Origin: Octopus bimaculoides | Lineage: Eukaryota | Reading direction: 5' to 3' | Assembly: GCF_001194135.2 (NCBI RefSeq) | Contig: NC_068997.1 | Span: forward strand, 39,612,287-39,676,286 | DNA length: 64,000 nucleotides | Shown: positions 36,535 through 49,154 of the stretch, piece by piece | Layout: each line of letters starts with the position of its first letter | Numbering within the stretch: the stretch's first letter is position 1 | Position numbers and translations under genes: made by a program | The notes under the pieces: generated by a model | The model's input: only the letters and a program-made list of their open reading frames with translations | Database searches by the model: none | What the model was told of the DNA's origin: nothing

Positions 36535-36665
36535 TGATCGCCTTTGTCTTTCATCCTTTCGGGGTCGATGAATAAGTACATGTTGAGTATGATGGTCAAT
36601 ATAATCAACTGACCCACTCCTCTAAAATTGCTGGCCTTGTGCCTAAAATTTGAAATCAATAATCA
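36535..36665 (+). mobile_element. SINE family A 3' half
   Basis: ctttcatcctttcggggtcgatgaataagtac...aaattgctggccttgtgcctaaaattt. Confidence 0.8.
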
Positions 36666-38764
36666 AAATGATAGGTGTTCAATTTTGACATAGAAATGCG
36701 ACCATCTTAAAAAGACAAACTGCGCGAAAATGTATCGGGCAAACGGCGACCTTATACGCACAAATACATCTATGTGTCGTAAGTTGCAGCTTACTCAGCC
36801 CTCCGTGCGGGTGCTGTCAGTAGACGAAGAGGTGGATACTTTAAGCTTGTCAAATAAAAAACTGGAGCAAGGCAGGAGGTTCACACCATAATAGCTATCC
36901 AACATTTCAGCAATAGCTTCTTCTAAATCTATTTTTGTGAGTTCTTATTGGAACCCCGTTCTAGTTCCTAGGCATCTGCAGATATGGATGAAACTAAACC
37001 CCAATAAATACATTACGACCGGTCAAGCAACCGACAAAGCTATTATTGCTGGTCTACGTGGATTGCCTCACTTGTTACATACCGACTTCTCTTGGTGCTA
37101 TTGTTACGTCTTCATATTCTTTCAGTATAGTAACAACACCTTAGCACCAGCATCCCATTTCGACATTCTTAGTTTCTCAAAAGTCTGATGTTAAAGAGAA
37201 CCGAAACTATGATTCAGAGCAACCCACATGGGTTGCTATATATTCCGACTACCAAGGACTTGCCGCTGTGCATGAAAGCAATTCAGCCTCTGAAAACTTT
37301 ACCGAAGGCGACTAAACTTTAGAATTATCTAAACTAGAGTAATTCCGTCCTCATTACGGTGTATCGCATAGAGAAGTTGTTGTTAAAAATATATCTTCGT
37401 GCAAGCGTCATTTCTTTCAAGAGAATCGATGCCGAAGTACTCAATTCTGCATGGAGCAGCTATAAAACGAAACCTATCGACAATGCCCTTGGTTCACGTC
37501 TTTCCTCATCAACTTCACCGTTTCTTGGCCAACACAACTGAGAATATTCCACGAAGTTTGTTGCCAGTTGCCAAAGATATCTAAGATCTGACTGGACAAG
37601 GTTAGTATGTATTGTAAAGTTCGTTTGGTAAACGTCCATGCGCGGTGATTATCATATCTCAGTTACCCTTGTCGGTGTTTTGCAGTATATCACCTTTTCT
37701 GTCTTGAATTACAGATGGTCGTCGAATCAGGAACAGAAATCCACGGTCGTCTTTCCTTCTTCATAGCAGCACTCACTTAAGGTGTTGCTGAAGATTCGTA
37801 CACAATCAAATAGTACGAACATGTTGTCGTCTCTAAAGAATATCGATTTGTTGTCGAGTTATGTCTCTACCAATGGAGTTAACCAATCAGCTACTCTGAT
37901 GGATGGACTTTAGCTCGGACGCATTTCAGTTGTAGCATTTTGATCGCACCAGCACTAAAAGCTTTCTTCAGCAGTGATTACCTACTCCCTCCCCTCAATC
38001 TACTGTTATATAATGCAACCGATTCTTCTATAGTAGCTTTAAAAGACACAGCCACCGCTGGTTGTTGACGATCACTTTGTCAACTCACGTCTAATTAGTT
38101 TACTAATTCGGTTGTTGTAAGCATTTTCTACTGATGACGATATTATCGACTTCCACTGTATGAATTCCCGTCTTTGGTGACCGTGTGCATGTCACAAATT
38201 TGTGGCCAGCATTGACCCCCCCCCCCCACCATCTCTGACAACCTAAGCTATACCGATCCAAACTTTATATACAATTTGGATGTCATACTGAGATATGTTT
38301 AAGTCATATTGACACGTTCAGGAAAGCCAGTCGGTAACTGTCAAACTGCCGGAACTGACTGAGTAGATGTGCAGTTTCACTTCTCTACTTATCTACTCGC
38401 GCGTGTATTGGTGTGAAATGCCACTCTGATAATCCCAATATTATTATTGAACCGAGAGTTTCAAAGCAAGCTTTTACTCGGCTAAAGAAGTCTAGTTGCC
38501 GTGTCTCAGTCAAGAAATTAGCCATCACCATTAGGAAAATACTACCATGAGATTCAGGAAAATCTACTTTACATTGGAAGTTAAATCTTCCCGAAAAATC
38601 ACAGCTCCACACTCAATATGGCTGGCCGAACGAGGCACAAATCAGAAAGTGATTTAGACGTGCAGGTCAATGTGTTCAGGATCTTCTGGTCATGCTAATA
38701 GCTATTACATCTTTATCAGTGGCCTTGTGTCGTTAACTAATGAATCCTAACGAGCAGGTCCTTA

Positions 38765-38980
38765 GAATCTGAAGTCAAATCTGCTGAGTTCAACTTTACT
38801 TCCCATCCTTTCGGTGTCGATAAAATACCAGTCAAGTACTAATACTGTGAACAATGTTATGGACTTACCAGTCTACTAATTCTGTGTCTACTAATACCAG
38901 TCTACTAGCACTGTGATCAATGTTATGGACTTACCAACTCTTCCCACATTTACTGGACACGTGCAAAAATATGATGCTAA
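38765..38980 (+). mobile_element. SINE family A with internal duplication
   Basis: B-box remnant and cctttcggtgtcgataaaataccag are present; actgtga.caatgttatggacttacca occurs twice. Confidence 0.7.
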
Positions 38981-39019
38981 TATTTTGTAGATTGAGGCAA
39001 ATTTCTACTGCATTACCTG

Positions 39020-39503
39020 CTACATCTCCGAGTTGCTTGAGTGTGTAGAAACTCTTCTCGGTATTGTATTGGATTAGCATTTTTCCTTGAGGTGTCGTGT
39101 TGTCTTTTGTTGTGTTACTGCTTGTATTGTGTGTTGAGTGTGTAATGCTTTGGTTTTCTAGCTTGCTGCTGGGAGTTTATTTCACTGGGTAAATGCTGTA
39201 TAGAGTGTGTTTTATATTTATGGGTTTTGTTTAGGTTACATCATTATTGGGTTGATAGTGTCTTACGTAGGATGTGGGTTGTTCCTAGCAGGGCTATTTT
39301 TTGGACAGTGTGTAGTGTTGAAGATCCAGGTATAGCTTCTAAATGTTTGTTTATATGAATTTTTTATCATGCCCAATGCTCCAATTACTATTGGTATTGT
39401 TTTTACCTTCATGATCCACATTTTGAATACTTCAATTTCGATGTCTTTGTACTTTCAATTTCGAAGTCTTTGTGCTTCTAGTTTCGAGGTTTTCATACTT
39501 TTT
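39020..39503 (-). mobile_element. R4/Dong LINE 3' fragment
   Basis: KYKDIEIEVFKMWIMKVKTIPIVIGALGMIK is followed by a UTR. The 5' junction abuts (TAA)n(CAA)n. Confidence 0.85.
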
Positions 39504-39535
39504 CTTGTTGTTGCTATTGTTGTTGTTGTTGTTGC

Positions 39536-39590
<55 letters not shown>

Positions 39591-39724
39591 GAGTGACAGA
39601 GCAGTGTATGCCATCAAAGTGACACCAGGGTAAAATATACGAAGCCCAGTATACCCATCATGACTCCGTCTGATAAGGGTACACGAGGCATATGCATCAC
39701 AACCATATATACGCTACATGGTGA

Positions 39725-39785
<61 letters not shown>

Positions 39786-39790
39786 GCTAT
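39504..39790 (+). repeat. (GTT)n(ATT)n arrays enclosing a 135-bp repeat fragment (39591-39725)
   Basis: A non-microsatellite insert (gagtgacagagcagtgtatgccatcaaagtgacac...) lies between two ATT arrays. Confidence 0.7.
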
Positions 39791-39949
39791 TTCCTTTCGT
39801 GTGTTACTGTTCTTCAGGAGATTATCTGCCAGTTCAGTGATCTAGGGTTAGTATAAGAGACTACCAGCTGCCCGTGCTATAGGTCTACCCTCGCCGCACT
39901 ACTGATGCTATTCAGGTGAAAGGTAAGCGCTAATGCAGCTTGGCTTCAA

Positions 39950-40590
39950 TTTTGTCGCAGAAGTTATAAGAACCATATTAAAAACAACATTAACTTGATC
40001 AATGTCTACGTTCCGATCCTCTGTTCTACACAAGGTACAAAAAAAAAAGCAAATTCTATGAACAATTATCAAGAAAATCTCAGGAAACTCTAATCCGGGA
40101 ACAGCTACTGCTGCTTGGCGACTCCAGCACCAGAGGGGTTGCTGAGGTGGTATGTGATGGGTAACATGAATGATTACAGAACACGATTCCGAGCCTTTTA
40201 TACACAAAACCCGCGGCGCTCCAAACATTGATATCAACCAGACTTGATCCTCATATGACGCTATTACTTGCGGAATATGCTCAGGATTTGATCCTTCCAG
40301 AGCGCTGAGGGTGATATAGCTCAGTCATTAGTTAGCTGTGAGGTTTATGACATCAGCCAAAGAAGATTCACTTGAAGATAGATTTATTGCTTTGAAGTAA
40401 ATTCAAGCAAGCTCACTGCTCTTATTCAGGCAGTGAGCTGAACTATTCGAACATAAACGTTCTTTCTATTCAGAACAGGATCTCGCTTCTAGAAAATGCA
40501 AAGAACTTCTAGAAAATGCAAAGGACACAATAAACCGCTCTTCAACCTACAAATGCCTTATACCTTGCGAGTAAAGACTGCTTGCATTAA
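39950..40590 (+). mobile_element. RTE-clade LINE: APE endonuclease remnant and start of RT
   Basis: INVYVPILCSTQ, FYEQL, LLLLGDSS.R, then RKCKGHNKPLF and TNALYLASKDCL (compare EKCREQ.KPLY...TKAFDLVSRDGL). Confidence 0.7.
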
Positions 40591-40699
40591 CCCCTTAATA
40601 TTCGGAGTGGAGTAATACGGAGTGTGAATTGGATTCCACCATGACTAGCATCTTCGCTGTCAAGCTGAAGCACATCTTTAAAACTGTTATAAAAAGGTC

Positions 40700-41650
40700 T
40701 TTTGCCACTGTTGTGTCTGTTATATTTTTTCCTCTTGGCATCTATTTTCGGGAACTGTGTATGTTTTTTTTTCCTTTCACTTGTACGCCTCGGTTCAATC
40801 ACCTGCAGTGACGTTGGTACTTGGAACGTAACGTGCAATCATTCCAAGGGTTCCTCCAACTTTTTGGTTTGCTTTCCACGAATCTCTTTTTCAGTTGATT
40901 CCTGTGTCTCTTTTGTATACCTTTTCTACTTTTTACCTAATACATCGTTTTACCTATGCATTTCGTAGTTTTGTCCTCTTCCCAGTTCTGCTTTCCATTT
41001 TTGTATGCCCTCATATACACCTTTTCACCAACTTTAAAAATCTTGCTGTGCTTTCCCTGGACTTGTTATTTTCTTGCCAGGTAGCAATTTATCAAAAACT
41101 AACTTTAGTTTCCTTGCAAATATCAGCTCCACTGGTAATTTCGGATTTGGTGTTAAACGGTACGTTATTAAAAATTGTTGAAGAGCTACCTCATCCGTGC
41201 TTTCCTTAAAGTTGTTTTGAAGGTATGAACAAAGCTTTTTGCCTGTCCATTATATCTGGAATGTTATGGCACCGTAGTTATATGTTCTACAGCGAACATA
41301 TCACAATTTTTTTTTACTTTGTTAGACACGGCTTGCGTTTAATTGTCAGATACTTTCTTGTCTGGGATGCCAAATCTTACAAGCAATTCGTGTAAACACT
41401 ATCACAGTTGAGAAAGTTGGTTTTTAATATTTGCAAATTGCAGACCATTTTGAAAAACTATCTATTACCACTTAGTAGTATGAACCGTTTAAAGGACCAA
41501 CGAAATCGATCAGTAGTCTCGACTACGGAACGTTTACTTTTGAACAATATTTACTTCTTATTGTGGACAATTTTTTCGCGAACGGTACATTTTATTTTGA
41601 TTTAAATATATGTATGCCACTTTACTTTACTGCGCTGTTTGTGTTTCAGT
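40700..41650 (-). pseudogene. Gypsy integrase (decayed)
   Basis: IDFVGPLNGSYY*VVIDSFSKW, EHITTVP*HSRYNGQA, LQQFLITYRLTPNP, ELIFARKLKLVFDKLLP. Confidence 0.88.
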
Positions 41651-41859
41651 CCATCGGCAGCATTTGGACTTTCGACTGAGGCGACTATATTTCCACACAA
41701 AACAATTATGGACTAATTCCATAAATTGAATAGTTCTATCCACTCTGTGCCAAATAAATTAAGTGATGTTTTAATACATAAATCTTAGCTTTTTTCGATG
41801 ACAAACTATTTACTTTTTTCTCATTGTTCTGACCGTTTATCATCCTCGTTCTACAGTGC

Positions 41860-42794
41860 CACTTTATGTCCTATATTTCCACAATGAAAACACTCCGCTT
41901 TTTAAATGGACAGTTTTTCCTTAGGTGCATACCACCATATGCAAAACGTGGGTTTAAATCCTGATGTTTTTCGTCATTTTTGAAAACACATTAACTCTAT
42001 TCAGACTATTCTGTACTGGTTTTACTTGGAAACAATCTTTACGTTCAATTTCCTTTTGTGTCGTGTCTTAATTTAAGTATCCTTTCACATTCTTCAGGCA
42101 CTTTTTGCAGTGTTACATGTTGGTTTTACTCTAGCCTTGCAAGAATTCTAATTCTGACTTCTGCGTAATATTCGGCAGTTAGTCCCTGTATAAAAATCAA
42201 GCGTTTGAACATATCTGGGGTTAATTCGTCCAGCTTAAACTTCTCGCATTCCCTATTTACTCTACTAGAATATGTGATAAAGACTTCGTTATTGTTTTTT
42301 CTCTGTATTCAGACACTTCCAACGTGTGTTGAACAATGCGCTTTTGTCACTGAAAAATTTACACAATATATCAATCTGTCATTAAAATTTACGTTCGAAA
42401 GTTTTCTGGGGAGTGCAAAACTACTGTATCGTTCATGTTCTGTAGGTGCCAGTTTTCTCAAAGTTAAACGTGTTTTCGTTTCGTCGTTGCAATATTTACA
42501 GTCTTTCTCGAAAATTTGCTCGTATCTTCTGTAGTATGGTTCGAAGGTAACTCTTTCGTCAGGTTCGTATTTGAATTCAGTTACTGAAATCGCAACATAG
42601 ACTGGCGGGAATGCTTTCTCTGGCTTTCCTGAAGGCTTCAGTAATTGCAGCATTTATTGCTGTAATATTATTTATTGCTGTTGCTTCTCTTGTTGCTCTT
42701 GCAGTTGTATCTTATGGTATTATTGCTGTTGCTGTTCTTTCAGCTGCTGTTGCTGCTTTTGCAACTCAAGAAAACCGGCCAGCAAATTTTCCAT
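41860..42794 (-). pseudogene. Gypsy gag (decayed) with Q-rich N-terminus and zinc knuckle
   Basis: MENLLAGFLELQKQQQQ, EFKYEPDERVTFEPYYRRYEQIFEKDC, CFHCGNIGHK. Confidence 0.8.
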
Positions 42795-42943
42795 AATTTT
42801 ACGACTTTTCATAAACTTTACACAACAAAATCTTTGTGAACTAGGTAATTCCTCTACGAGTTTCTATTAACGTGAATTGGTTAATCCTCGTCAACTTTAT
42901 CAATTTCTCTTCGAGTCTCTATGAACTCCACATGAATTGGTTT

Positions 42944-42956
42944 ATCCTCGTCACCA
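42944..42956 (-). promoter_or_regulatory. Primer-binding site complementary to the tRNA-Ser(GCU) 3' end
   Basis: Minus TGGTGACGAGGAT lies 1 nt after the LTR end TAACA. The tRNA-Ser(GCU) 3' end is ...AUCCUCGUCGCCA (one mismatch). Confidence 0.75.
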
Positions 42957-42957
42957 C

Positions 42958-43290
42958 TGTTACAAAGCGGTCTTTTGCTTCTGTTGTATCTGTCATTGTA
43001 CGACGGTTATCGCTCTGACAGATAGTGTTATAGTCCGAAGTCATCGATAGGATATTTCTATCTGGTACTATGCGACCCCCAGTCGTACAGTGTTTTTATC
43101 CCCCCAAAAGGTTGGATCGTTATAACGTCCACTCAGTATCGCAGTATAATTACTAGATCAGTACAAACACGACTAACAATACAGTCTAACATGCATTGTC
43201 CCGATACCGGCCGACGTAATCTTAAAGTGATTGGATCATTCTAATCGTCACGTGTCAAGAGTGTACCATTGTTATTAATTCCTTACAACA
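42958..43290 (-). repeat. 5' LTR (about 333 bp)
   Basis: The minus strand begins TGTTGTAAGG and ends TGTAACA, immediately upstream of the PBS. Confidence 0.75.
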
Positions 43291-43299
43291 AAAAACATC

Positions 43300-43680
43300 A
43301 ACTGATAATGTTTACCTTCGCACAAGATCAAACAGGAAACTACTCAGTCAATCATGGTGGAGGCGAAAACCAAAGTACGCGAAGTATTCATCGAATGCAC
43401 ACTGTTTGCAGTTAATTCAGCACGAGCGGTACACTCAGTGGAACAATTGCAATGACTCGTGGACAGTCTAACAAAAGCCTGTCAAGACTTCGAATTGGCG
43501 TTCATTTTAAAACTACTGTGTTAAGGTGTTGAGCAATCACCTGCCATTATTGTTAACAACTGGGTATAGTGTAGGAGTTCACGTAGACTCGACTTCACCA
43601 TCAAGATCAATTTCTCAAGAGTCAGAGATCAACAAATGTATTGAAAAGCAACCGCGACTCTAGCTAACGGGAGAGCAGTA
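43300..43680 (+). mobile_element. RTE-clade LINE RT domain, continuation
   Basis: VYLRTRS, AKTKVREV, LFAVN (decayed FADD), EQLQ*LVDSLTKACQDF, ESEINK. Confidence 0.85.
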
Positions 43681-43699
43681 AATTAATTGTGAGCAACAA

Positions 43700-45100
43700 G
43701 GATGCGAGTCACAATTCCAATATCCTTCAGCCTTTCGGTAGCAGTTTGAGTGTTGGACAAATTACCAAAGGAACGATTGTAATCTTAGTCTTCCTCAATC
43801 CCTTTATTTCTCTGGTTAGATCCTGATATTTCTCACTTTTTTCAAAGTATTTGCTTTCTACTTTATTATCATATGATATTACGAAGTCTGTTATCTTACA
43901 TTGTTTCTCCCTTTTTTGTTTCTTTGTTTCCTTTTGGTCCTCTAGAATCGCATCCGATCTTCTTGCTTCAATAGTAAAGTCAACCTATTTGGAGAAATTC
44001 CATAAAACCCGGTAATTATTCTTTTGCATCACAACACCTGAATTGTGCTCACCCCACTTTGCTGCTACTTTGAATTCATGCACTCGGCTCACATCACAAT
44101 GCACTCTGTTATCTATACACACATGTCTGCACTTGTACACTTTCTGTGCTATCATACAGCAATAATTGAACAGATGGTTAATAATTTCATCTCCTCTTCT
44201 TCAGATTCTGCATTTGCACTCTGAATTTATCAATCTTTGCTTTTATTTAAAACGTTCTCATAAATCGTTTCTGAGTCATTATAAAGAGCGATTCAGCTTC
44301 TTGCTTCAAGTCGCCATATGTCAGATACAACCAGTGTTCTTTATTTCTAACATCTATGATTTGTTACATGAATTGGTTAAGAAATTCCTTTTCTTTCTTG
44401 TTAATTGTCCTATTGTTTTCCATTCTATCCTTGAATTCCTACTGTTTCAATAATGTTTTAGATATTGAGTGTAGTGCGTTTTGCATTAGGTACAGCTTCC
44501 AGTTCTAAGAAGTGTAACTCTGTCTTTGTCGATTTTAGAAAAGGAGCAGATCATTGTAATACTGGTATGGCCCATATATGTACTGCTTTGATTATATCCC
44601 GCCCCCCATTTCATCTTGTTTTGAGCACCTTGTTTTGAGCACCTTGTTTATTCTTCTTTTGTACACTTTAGAGATGTTTTTCATTTATTTTTCCATTATC
44701 CTATCGACCTGGAGAATCTCTAGGTATTTCTATCTCTCATTATTTCTCACTGATCAAATGATATCAGAATTTATCTATGAGACTCTCTTCATCATTAACG
44801 TTGCACACTTATTTGCCCGAAACCTCGTACCAATACCCTTGTTAAATGCTATTAGTGTTTGGATTTAAAAATCTAGGTTTTACTTATTTAATTCGCTACA
44901 CCCATATATAGCAAGCGATATATTTTCCCTCGTTTTGGCAAACAGGAGTGTCTCTGGAATATCCTTCTGCATATTTCCCCATTCTCCAACGATTCTTTTG
45001 TGCATATTAGATCTATTTTTCACGATATCATTGCTTTTTCTAAAATCACTCAACCAGCGGTATAGAATATTATCATAAGCTTTCTTGTAAGTCTATCCAG
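43700..45100 (-). mobile_element. R4/Dong LINE fragment (RT C-terminal half, CCHC, REL), decayed
   Basis: DYKKAYDN...RW, NGGRDIIKAVHIWAIPVL, FTIEARRSD, ITDFVISYD, EKSEKYQDL. Confidence 0.85.
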
Positions 45101-45109
45101 TCAACAAAT

Positions 45110-45201
45110 GAGCTGTTGTTATTTTTGTTATTGCTGTCGCTGCTGCTACTGCTGCTGCTGCTGCTGCTGCTGTTGTTGTTGTTGTTGTTGTTCTTCTTCT
45201 T

Positions 45202-45232
<31 letters not shown>
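45110..45232 (+). repeat. (TGC)n(TGT)n(TTC)n microsatellite
   Basis: Direct reading. Confidence 0.95.
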
Positions 45233-45234
<2 letters not shown>

Positions 45235-45371
45235 GTAATATACTGTTTATACTTCCCTTCTTTGCTATTGTATACCGTATATACTTCCCTTTATTTTTAT
45301 CATTTCAATATATGTAAACCCACACATTTTATGTCTCTCATTGCATTGTCCCCCTCATCCTTCGCTCTAGT

Positions 45372-45572
45372 AGCAAAGCTGGCAGAATCGTTAGCGCTCT
45401 GGATAAAACGCTTAGCGGTATTTCGTCCGTCTTTACGTTCTCGGTTCAAATTCCACCGAGGTTGACTTTGCCTTTCATCTTTCCGGGGGTCGATAAATTA
45501 AGTATCAGTTGAGTACTGAAGTCGATGTAATCGACTTACCCTCTTCTCTGAACTTGCTGGTCTTGTGCCTGA
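45372..45572 (+). mobile_element. SINE family A
   Basis: agctggcagaatcgttagc...ggttcaaattcc...gggggtcgataaattaagt. Confidence 0.9.
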
Positions 45573-45574
45573 TG

Positions 45575-46473
45575 TGCGACACGTTTATCCGCAACTCATC
45601 TCATTCAGAGAGCTGCAATCATGGATCAAGCGTAGACCAATGTTGGGCATTTGGTATCTAGAATGCTGCCAGGAGCTCACTGCATTGTACCAGCTGCACA
45701 AAACCGTTAGTAAGGAAGCAACTCAAGATTTCTATAGAGAGTTAGTTGAGAGGTTATGAGCGATGATGGCCTAGGGTTGAATCTAAGCATCGATGAGAAC
45801 AGTCTGAGTAGTCTCTTTGGGTCGAAGATCATGGACAATTTCCAAAAGTCTTTGGCATGACAGTGCTACAGGGGAGTATTGCTTGTTCGAGACAAGCTCT
45901 TCAGGCACAGAAGTGTCAACAGCCGAACCTGCCCGAGATGCCTGCAGGGGGATGAAACCGCGCTGCATGCAACCATTCAGTGTCCGTGCATTAGAGAGTA
46001 GTGGGATTGTATGGAGCAGCTGTTGTCACGTGTAAGACAAATTCGGCTGTCTGCCAAGTGTATAGTGAAGATCGACGCATCACCTTCCCTTAGCAGAGAA
46101 GGAAGGCAGATCTTTCTCAGCGTAGTGTCTGTAGCAAATGAGAGTGTGTGGTAGACCCGTTTGAAAGGTTTGAAAACAGGCACTTCCTATCTGGCCAAGC
46201 TCTCACCAATTTCTTCAAATATCATTTGAAGAGGAAAGTGAGAGTAGCGAAGGAGATGCTGCCTTCTAGTCTGTTTATCAAAAGATGATCGACATTGGCA
46301 AGACTGGTGGACGGAATGGGTCGATTCAGAGACTCCTTTTTTCTAAGCAGGAGGAAACAAACTAGAAGAGGGTACTTTCCTATGCCTAGGGGATGGTAAA
46401 GTAATCCGGAATTTTTGCGCGGGGTTTAACTCAGATTACTCTCAGTGGGCTACCCCGCTATTGGGGATTCTAT

Positions 46474-46508
<35 letters not shown>

Positions 46509-46510
46509 TT
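45575..46510 (+). mobile_element. L1/Tx1-like LINE 3' end with zf-RVT and (ATTT)n tail
   Basis: QCYRGVLLVRDKLFRH..RTCPRCLQGDETALHATIQCP (CX2CX8HX4C, no downstream REL motif). The (TTTA)n tail is at 46472-46510. Confidence 0.8.
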
Positions 46511-46639
46511 ATTCATTTCTTTGATTTCTATTAGATATCCTCTGTTATATCCTTTAATGTGGTAGTATCTACTTTTGATCGAAGTAAACCCAACCTGTTT
46601 TGTATTTTTTGTTTTCGTTTTCGTGTTTGTTTAAGGATG

Positions 46640-46640
46640 A

Positions 46641-46697
<57 letters not shown>

Positions 46698-46710
46698 CAG
46701 CAGCAGCAAT
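46640..46710 (+). repeat. (TAG)n(CAG)n microsatellite
   Basis: Direct reading. Confidence 0.95.
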
Positions 46711-47239
46711 GTATTGCCGATATTACTAAATTACTGATAAACCGGTTAAACTACCTTCAGGAACGGATATTGCGAATAAAGCAAAATATTAACGAGCACC
46801 TGTACATAAACGTTCTTCTTGAAGAGATGAAATAATATCCATCTTCTAATGCAAAATATACGAATTCAGCAAAGAAACTAAACTGAATATCCACTGAAAG
46901 CCACTTTAAAAATCGTCAAATGAATTCGCTTATAACAGTGTTAAACTTATCATAATAAGTTTATTTAAGTACACACGTAAAAGAACGATATATGAATAAA
47001 AGAGAACAGCCATATAAATACTTATGAGTGGAGGGAAGAGGTGGTGAAAGGCAGGAAATAGAAATAGTTGAAAGTGTACAAACACAAGCTTTTCTACTTA
47101 TAATCGCCAGCATTTAGACACTGCAAGTAATTAAATTAATTAAGACATTAAAGAACTTACATGGATGGCAAAATCAGAAATTACAAATTTTGAGAGTATA
47201 TGAGATTGAAAGCTGATACCTGTGCAATATTCCTATCAC

Positions 47240-47639
47240 AAATACAAACTCGTTACCTGTTCGAATATGCTTTTGGTATATTCGAACCCGCAAGGAATCT
47301 GTTCACTGTATTTTGTCACGGAAAAACATTTCTCGCTGCAGACAGATAGGTCTAAACCCATCAAGTCAGCCCGCAGCTTCTCCCAAACCAAACTGGTTGA
47401 TGCATGCATTTCGGAATGGCTATCTCCCCTTCGACACCAGAGATCAGAAAGGTATACTCCGTGGAAATGCATACATCCATTGATCTGGTTAGGGTTGCTA
47501 CGAACTGACTTGGTGTGTCTACACCCATTTGTCTACAGCGAGAAATTTTCTCCAGAACGGATTGGAATATGCTTCAAGCATATTTGAACTGGTAACAAGT
47601 TCGTATTTATACACATCACTGCTTAGCGCTGTCATCCTG
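47240..47639. mobile_element. Fold-back MITE-like element (long imperfect inverted repeats)
   Basis: About 47240-47412 aligns to the reverse complement of about 47464-47608. The right terminus ...cctg|TA is at 47639. Confidence 0.8.
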
Positions 47640-49095
47640 TATAACTGTTATATACACCTCTCGAAATTGTACGTAGTACTTGGCCTGAAATTTTTCTCGG
47701 GGTTTAATGGACATCTCTTATTTACACATATCTTATTTACATGTCTTGTTTGTCGTACCCGCCAGATATGAGCAGAAATATTTATGATTTCTATTAACTT
47801 ATGATAGAATACTGCGGCATTTCGCTAATGATGTTGCCATAAGGTGCAGGATAATAAGAACCCGACAGCAATCCAGATACCACGTCCAAATTGTGAGTTA
47901 GAGATAACTTGCCTCATAAGATTACGCTTGAATATTTTCATTCATTTTGAAGATCTATGGGCCTCACCATAATCTACTTATTAAACTGCCATATCATCGG
48001 AAAAAACAATATTTGACACCAAGCAACAAAAACCAATATTTCAAACCAAGCAACAAAAATTATATATCGATCACTGAAAAGTCATTATTGAACAGTAATC
48101 ACGGCAATAATCATCTATGAAACGCAAGTATTACCCTCCTAATCTCTTTGAAGAAGCGCTTCCGCAAAGGTTAGACAAAGAATTTATTTGTATTATTTAG
48201 ATGATCAAGTATGTGAATGACATCGTTCGTGCAAGCAGAGATCATCTGCCTGGGTCCCTAAGCAAAGGAGAATAGTCTCTCCAAAATTTCCGTTACAAAT
48301 TTGAGAACCAATTTGACTCGAGAGTATTCAAATTGAGAACCAATTTAAAATGAGAATTGGTCGCTACATTAATCACGAAAAAGTTGTTCCAAATACGAAT
48401 TTGATGTCCAAAGGATGTAATAAGTTAAATCCTTTGAACTGGTGTAAACTAATTCGAATTCTCCTGAAACGAATATTTGATCAGCCCATTGGAAGCCCTG
48501 CTGTCTGATAGAAAAGACAGTGAATTTTATGTAACACCATAGCTCTGTCACTCGAGGCCAGCCGATGACGTTCAAGTCATCATAATGCGATTATTTAGTG
48601 TTACCATATTAATCATAGCTATATAGCCACACCTGTGTACTTACGTAATTTTGCTATCAAAGAGCCTTTACATCATGTCCGACGTGCAATGAGTGCTATA
48701 GGAGACATGATTCCCTGATTACGTAAATTCAAACTGACCATCCGTTCTTTATCAGTTTTCAAGTAAGTGCCTATCTGACAACTGCAATTATATTAATATA
48801 TTCCAACGCTTTTTTTCACAAATTTACACTTCGATACATTTCTGTAATGTTGATCACGCACTTGTCTTTATAATTCATTGACGGTGTTGTTGTTGTTGTT
48901 AGTGGTGATGGTGGTGGTTCTACTTGTTGATATCATTATGAAGTGATTGTTGCTAATGTACTACTCTCCTTACCATAATTGCAGTATAGGATTACAATTT
49001 CTACAGTTGTCTTATCGTTGCAGTGCCCCCATAATACTATGCAGATATATACAGGCATAAACATATATCCAAGAAATACAAACACACGCTCACGT

Positions 49096-49099
<4 letters not shown>

Positions 49100-49154
<55 letters not shown>

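Larger units (their letters stand above)
40591..43290 (-). mobile_element. Gypsy (Mag/K02A2.6-like) LTR retrotransposon, deleted; 5' LTR, PBS, gag, protease end, integrase and PPT retained
   Basis: See sub-features. No RT or RNase H is readable. The PPT-like AAGGGG at 40591-40596 is not followed by an LTR. Confidence 0.85.

Noticed and set aside
38128-38152. CTGATGA CGAT att ATCG
   Set aside because: There is no GAAA after the stem.
36850-38400. Higher-complexity sequence possibly from an old LINE
   Set aside because: No diagnostic RT or endonuclease motif could be read, so it is left unclassified.
45862-45909. Hammerhead-like fold on the minus strand (GUGC CUGAAGA GCUUGU..ACAAGC AAU AC..GU A GCAC)
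   Set aside because: G12 and A14 of the core are absent (AAU instead of GAA), and it is antisense to LINE coding sequence (VRDKLFRH). It is most likely coincidental.
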